A stretch of DNA of 42,603 nucleotides from Conidiobolus incongruus B7586 (lineage: Eukaryota): positions 1 to 42,603 of the forward strand of contig JNEM01012767.1 in the NCBI GenBank assembly GCA_000697335.1, given 5' to 3'. The notes beneath the pieces are model-generated. The model saw only the letters and a list, made by a program, of their open reading frames with translations. It had not been told where the DNA came from and did not search any database. Below are positions 36,757 through 42,603 of the stretch, in pieces (position 1 is the first letter of the stretch; every line of letters begins with the position of its first letter). The translations under genes and the position numbers were made by a program.

Positions 36757-38469
36757 ATTTTAATTATTTTTAAAAAACTATTTTTGATAAAAATGAAATA
36801 TTTATTAGTAATAATTTATCGGATTTTTTGAATATGCGATTATGCAAGTCAATTGAAAAATTTATGGCAATGCAAATCACAATTCAAAATATGGGACACT
36901 GAAAATTAAATTAGCAAAAATATTATATCACCATTGTTCCCAGAATTTCCACTAGTTCTGATCATGCCTATCAATACTTAATCAAGGCCTAGATAAACTA
37001 TCACTTGCAGCACAGATATTTGGATATTATTCTACAATAGTATTTAGTTTTAAAGATTATAATGTTAAATATATTAATGCTATCTTTATTTAATATAAAT
37101 AATTTTGACTATGTTTTGCTTTTAAAATACGGAAAATTAGAATTTCATCAAAAAAACTTAAATATTGGGATAAAGCTGGAAATTATAGGAATATATGAAT
37201 TTTAAATAAATTTAAGCTTTATTTAATCCATGATATCGAATAATGTTTTTAATGAATTAAATTGCATGATTTGACTAAAAAAATAACAAATTATGCTATA
37301 TAATAATTTCTTCAAAATTTAAAAATTCAACCTACAAATAGTAAATCTATGATTTTAAAAAAGTTCCTTAAATATAAAATAAATAAAGATCTTAAATCAA
37401 AACTCAATTTTTAATGTTACTGTTTCTAAAATTAATTATAAAAAAATATTTTAAGGAATTTTATAAAATTTATCAATACTTATAAGATTAAGCTTTGTTA
37501 GTATAGATTCATGTTTTTGAAATTTCTTAATACAAAAATAACTTATAGTTTTAATTTGATGAAGAATATATATTGAATTGAATAAATTTAAAAATAACCT
37601 TTTAGTTATCAATAACTAATAAATGATAAAGTATAACTGATATTATTTTATAAAATAAAATAATGAAATATAATTAATTAATAGATATAATTATCAACTA
37701 AATATAAGGCTTTTATATGAATAGTTAAATATATACTCAAGTTAGAATATAAACTTTTAATTGATATTAATATATATTTATAATTTTTACTTATATTTGA
37801 AATATTGTAATAAATATTCTTATATCAATCTAAAATAATTAATATAATATAAAATTATATCAAAGTAAAAAAATATTGAATTAATTTTCCATATATTATA
37901 AATATTCAATCAAATCAAATTTTTTTATTTAATAATAATTGAATTTATGTTACTAAATATATTATCCTAATATTCGAAACGGATAATGATATTAAATTAG
38001 GTTTGAATGTTCATAACTTATATAATTGGGATAAAGATTATATCGAGTTTGATTAGAAGTTAATTATAAATACTTAATCTAATTTTTCTCTAAATAGAAA
38101 AATATGATTATCCTTATATATTGGGATAAGAATTAAAAAATTTAAGTGAGAATAAAATAAAAAGTAGATTATAGATAATTATTATAAAGGATAAAAGTTA
38201 TATGGAATAATTGGGTAGGAATGTGATATTAAATCATTAATAAAAGGCCAAGTAATTTCTATCAAATTTAAATAATAAATATTAAAAAGATGGTTTTTAA
38301 ATTTTATATTTAATATTATATTTATATTTTTCAGTTAATTTTATCTTTTTCAATATAAATTTTATAATATTTGATTTTGTAAACAGTCTTAATTAACGTG
38401 GATTTTTTCTATTATGATCTTATTATTAACCTTTAAATATTATTATCAAGAATTAATAAATTATTAAAT

Positions 38470-39073
38470 ATATTAGATTCTTAATAATATTATTCATTAT
38501 TACTAATTATATTTCAATTTGTTAATAAAACTAATATAACTGGGCAAAAAACTAATTTTTGAAATCCTTATTTAATTTCATACTTATGTAAACCACTATA
38601 AAATCAAATAATTCATATTTAAATTAATTTAAAAATGATTTAAAATATATAAATATCTTCGATTAAATCTATATATAGCTCTTTTTAAATTATTATTATA
38701 CTCTGATTTCTTCAAATCTTTGTTTTTTTGAAAATTTAAGATAATTTATATTAATATTAAAATATATATTTATATTACTTAATATAAATTAATATAATAT
38801 ATCTTAAATAATATCTATTAATATTAATTTAAAAATTAGCTAATATTTAGATTTCTGATACTTCAACTATATTATTAGTTTTGAATATTATAATATATAA
38901 AAAAATATATAAAAGAATTAACATTTTGAAATAATATATATATAATTTTTGCAAACATTTTAAATTAGATTTTAAAACTTGAAAACTTAATATTTAATTA
39001 AAAAACTAGCTTCTCAAATATTATGGGCTTGCTAAAAATATAGCAAAAGTAATTGAAAATAAAAAAATATTAA
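38470..39073 (+). mobile_element. Degenerate mariner fragment, copy D
   Basis: 39020-39073 'IMGLLKI*QK VIENK..Y*' matches the C-terminus of copies B/C. A weaker possible '*IL..' / 'ISIC**N..W...FL' segment lies at 38470-38555. The 5' extent is uncertain. Confidence 0.5.
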
Positions 39074-39614
39074 TTTTATATTAAATACTTTATTTAATTT
39101 TAATTCAAAATTTTATCATTGATTAATTTTAATTTTAATAATTTAAATCATATTATAATTAAAATAGGGCTTTAAAATTAAATTTAATTCAAAATTATTA
39201 ATTAGTTTTCTAAATTGGTTTAATATTTTCAAAAATATAAAGTCCTTAGTAATATCTCTAATTTCTAGTATATATAAGTTAAAATATATTTACTAAGTTT
39301 TATTTTTCTAATTTAAAACTATTAATAATTAATAATAATAAATGAGCTTTTAAATATAGGATATATCATAAAATAATAACTTTTGATTTCAAAATTTAAA
39401 TTTTTATAATAGCATTGATTTTTTCATATAATTATAAAATAAGGTAAGAAATGAGAGTATTTAATATATTAAATAAATATATAACAGTTTATATAATAAA
39501 TTTAGTATTAAAAATATTATCACTCCAAATTTTTAAAAAATAGGAATATTTTAAGTTTAAAAGATAATAAAGAATTTAATATATATAATATAAAAATAAA
39601 TTTATAATATAGGA

Positions 39615-40617
39615 TCAATATTTTGTTTTATTATTAATAACTCTTTATCATAATTTTGTCAGGCTTCTAATATTTAAAAAATAGCTATCTTTATTAAGAA
39701 CTAAAATCTAGTATTTTATAAATAAATTGAATTATTTTATAAAAAATTTCTTTTTAATATGGTAATTTTTTGGAAATTTAAAGTAAATATAATTATATAA
39801 GTTATAATCTATTAAATATACTAAAAGTGATATTTTTAATTAGATGATTTTTTTATAGCTTTAGTTTTATATATTCTATAATTATTATATAAAATAATAG
39901 ATATCTTTAAATTATGATAAGAATACCAATTAAAAATAATCCTATTTTAAATAACAATACAAAATTAACTATTAATTAATTCTCCCTCAAAATAATATAA
40001 AAATAATATATACTAATATCATTTATTATAATAATTTAAATTTATTTATAAATATAATATTGATTTATTAAAATTTATAAAAGGGATTTTTTAGCTTCAC
40101 CTAATATTTTAATTTCAGTTTTAATAAAAACTATACAAATAATATTATAATTTATTTTTTATAATAATTTATTTTAAAAACCTTGGTCTTTAGTTATACT
40201 TTAATAAATTTTGTCTAATTTTAACTATATTAGTTTTTTAAGTTTTAATTATAAAATACTTATTTTATATTTTTATTAATTAAGTTTGAACTTTAATATA
40301 TATAAAATACTTATGTAACTAATATTAAAGTACTTTGATAATTTTTTAGCTAAAATAAAAAGGGGTTTATTAATATATTATTTTAATCTATTAATAATTT
40401 AAAAAATAATTGCTGAGATTAGTATTTTAAATTTTATTAAGTTTTAAATTATTATTTTTATCTTTAAACTAATTTACCTAGCAAAAATAATTAATTTAAA
40501 TAAAACATTATCTCTAAAAGCTATTTGTAATTTTTAAATGATTTTAAAAAGCTTATGGTTAAATTTTATTGATACTAAAATAAATAATTTTTGGTGATCA
40601 TTATTTAGTTTAAGTAT
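39615..40617 (-). mobile_element. Hypermutated mariner transposase relic, copy C (near full length)
   Basis: Reverse strand: ATA at 40617, 'LKLNNDHQKLFILVSIKFNHKLFKII*KLQIAFRDNVLFK', 'KLKY*VKLK', 'IILYNNYRIYK', and C-terminus 'IKY*ILVLNKDSYFLNIRSLTKL**RVINNKTKY*', colinear with copy B 'IKYQILVLNIKGYFLGIRNLPKI*QKVINNKREY*'. Confidence 0.85.
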
Positions 40618-41772
40618 GGTTTAATTAAATGATAAATTTTTAAAACTTAATTTTTAAAAAAATATTAAATATATATAATTTAGAATTGTTTATTTTCCTA
40701 TATATTTTGAATATATATTTTTCTCTAAACCTAAAAATATTCTTGAAATATCTAAAATTAAAAAATTTCCAATTTTAATTCTGTGGTAATACCACATCAA
40801 AAAAGTTATAAATATCAAAACAGATTTCAAAAATATTATAAATGAGATATATACATATTTCCTAAATTAATTATTTAATATTGTCATATTGTTTTGCTTT
40901 TTGAATTTGGTATTTAAAAAGTGAAAAGTTAATAAATATATTGGGGGATATAAATATATAAGGAATACTAAGGTATTCATATTACAGGTTTAAGTAAAAT
41001 TTAATAAAAAACACTTTTAATGCAAAGTAATTATTTGTGACAAATATTATATAAGTAAAATAAATAATGATTATGGATATTTGCATATATAGCTTGGATC
41101 ATGTAAGAATTTCAAATGTCTTCAATATCATGTAGGTATGGATCAGGATATCAATACTCTTAGAAAAATGATTTATTATATAATAATTAATAAAGCCGGT
41201 CTTCCAGGATTGATGTTGAAACTTACCCCCTTATTGTCTCTGGACTTTATACAAGATTTGGACAAGATAAATTAACTAACTTTAAACAAATTTAATTATA
41301 AGTGTGACTTAAAGATGAGGTCTTCAAATCATTAGTTTGACAATTTCCTAACTCAGATAAAATAATATTTTTTTTAAACTTTAATATTTTATCTTTAAAT
41401 GCTATTAATTTATTATTTTCATTTCATTAAGGAATTTTTAACCTTTCAATATTTTAATTTTTAATTCTAATTGATCTTTCCTGAAATATTTCTTCATTAT
41501 ATAATATATTCTTTAAATATTCAACTCAATTTTTCAGTTCAATATTAAAATAGATTAGATTCACTAAGTTCATATCAAATTAAATAATTAAAATAAATCG
41601 CCATGTGTTTTCACTATGATAATCAAGCCAAATATCTAGATTCTTTAAAATAAAGTTTACTGAATAACACAAATTTTGAAAATTGAATAAAAATATTGTA
41701 ATAAGTTTAAAACTGTTGAATTGGCTTGAACTATATATAATTAATTTTTACTCACTACAATTTGTCAAATAT

Positions 41773-42603
41773 TTAAAGGGAAGAAGGATAATGAGCTAGC
41801 ATTCTGTTATACTGGGGGAATTCATGCCACCAATTGTACTTGGGACGTCTGAATTCCCAGTTGGTGTCAGCTTGGAGGGTTGAGATAGGTGAGTGTTTCA
41901 ATTTGCCGTTGACCACACCGATCACGCAGGCAGATTCGTCGTTGGCAGTATACACGCGACCTTCGGCATTGATGTTTCCAAGAGCCAACTTCTCTAACCA
42001 AATGAAGGCGTGGTAGCCGTAGCGACATCCTCGGATACGATCCAAAGGAGCTGTAGCACCACCCTGTTGAATGTGACCCAAGACGGCGGTTCTAGAGTCA
42101 AACAATCCCTCGCTTTCGGTTTCAAACACGGAACTAATCAAATTGGTACTGTAAGTCTTGGAGCTGGTTTCAGTTCTGAGAATTACACGACCAACGTGGT
42201 ATTTGGTGTCGTTTCTGATGGAATCTCCACGGAATTTGTCTTTCATATGTTCAACATCTTGTTGGAGAGATTTCAAACTGATACCTTCTTCAGGGGTGTA
42301 GACTCTGGAAGCACCGACACATAAACCTGCCATTGTGGCAAGGTAGCCGGAACATCCACCTTGGACTTCGACAATGAAAACTCTGCGATGACTAGCAGCT
42401 GCTGATTGGGTAATACGGTCACAAGCCTCGGTGATGGCATTTAAACTGGTGTCGGAACCGAGGGAGTAAGCGGTACCTGGGACGTTATTGGAAATGGTAG
42501 CTGGGATACAGGCAATGGGGATATTGAAAATAGGGTAGTTTTTTCTGTTTTGTGTCAATTGGGTGACTGCATGGTAAGCTTCGAAGCCACCAACAACCAA
42601 TAG
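41773..42603 (-). CDS. PFK: 6-phosphofructokinase, C-terminal (regulatory) half; 5'-partial
   Basis: IPATISNNVPGT.YSLGSDTSLN, RRVFIVEVQGG.SGYLAT, LGHIQQGG..PLDR, RRPK..WW. The gene continues beyond the window end. Confidence 0.96.
   Translation of the reverse strand, partial: LLVVGGFEAYHAVTQLTQNRKNYPIFNIPIACIPATISNNVPGTAYSLGSDTSLNAITEACDRITQSAAASHRRVFIVEVQGGCSGYLATMAGLCVGASRVYTPEEGISLKSLQQDVEHMKDKFRGDSIRNDTKYHVGRVILRTETSSKTYSTNLISSVFETESEGLFDSRTAVLGHIQQGGATAPLDRIRGCRYGYHAFIWLEKLALGNINAEGRVYTANDESACVIGVVNGKLKHSPISTLQADTNWEFRRPKYNWWHEFPQYNRMLAHYPSSL

Noticed and set aside
41100..41330. Slightly GC-richer patch, possible retroelement fragment (KAGLPGLMLK...)
   Set aside because: Too short, no diagnostic motif.
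1..42603. tRNA, rRNA, CRISPR arrays, telomeric repeats and prokaryotic operon-type systems
   Set aside because: None seen by eye; the window is intron-containing eukaryotic DNA.

Overview
AT-rich eukaryotic (fungal) genomic DNA with short (~50-70 nt) GT-AG introns. Gene content, codon usage and intron style suggest an early-diverging fungus, possibly Entomophthorales (Conidiobolus/Neoconidiobolus-like); the organism call is inference. Housekeeping genes reconstructed with exon boundaries: an Rxt2-like protein, RNR2, an Ara2/L-galactose-dehydrogenase-type aldo-keto reductase, eIF2-beta, Mic60, PI31, V-ATPase c'' (Vma16), Ipi3/WDR18, Mmm1, and the 3' part of PFK. Also present are three orphan small secreted proteins and the intact 5' end (ORF1) of an L1-like LINE that the ORF track missed. 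Highlights: (1) The near-pure-AT 'deserts' hide at least three long relics and one partial relic of a mariner transposase family. They are destroyed mainly by C->T/G->A changes (ATG->ATA in all three long copies, Trp TGG->TAG/TAA, His->Tyr, Asp->Asn), a RIP-like signature in what appears to be a non-Dikarya fungus. (2) A ~330-nt intergenic region head-to-head with IPI3 folds into many stems with strand-specific G-U pairs and is a candidate ncRNA of unrecognised class. (3) A two-exon gene encodes a HARE-HTH domain plus a PP1-docking RVxF motif. (4) There are clusters of MCB/SCB sites at RNR2 and of ATCWGATAA (SreA/Fep1-type) sites.
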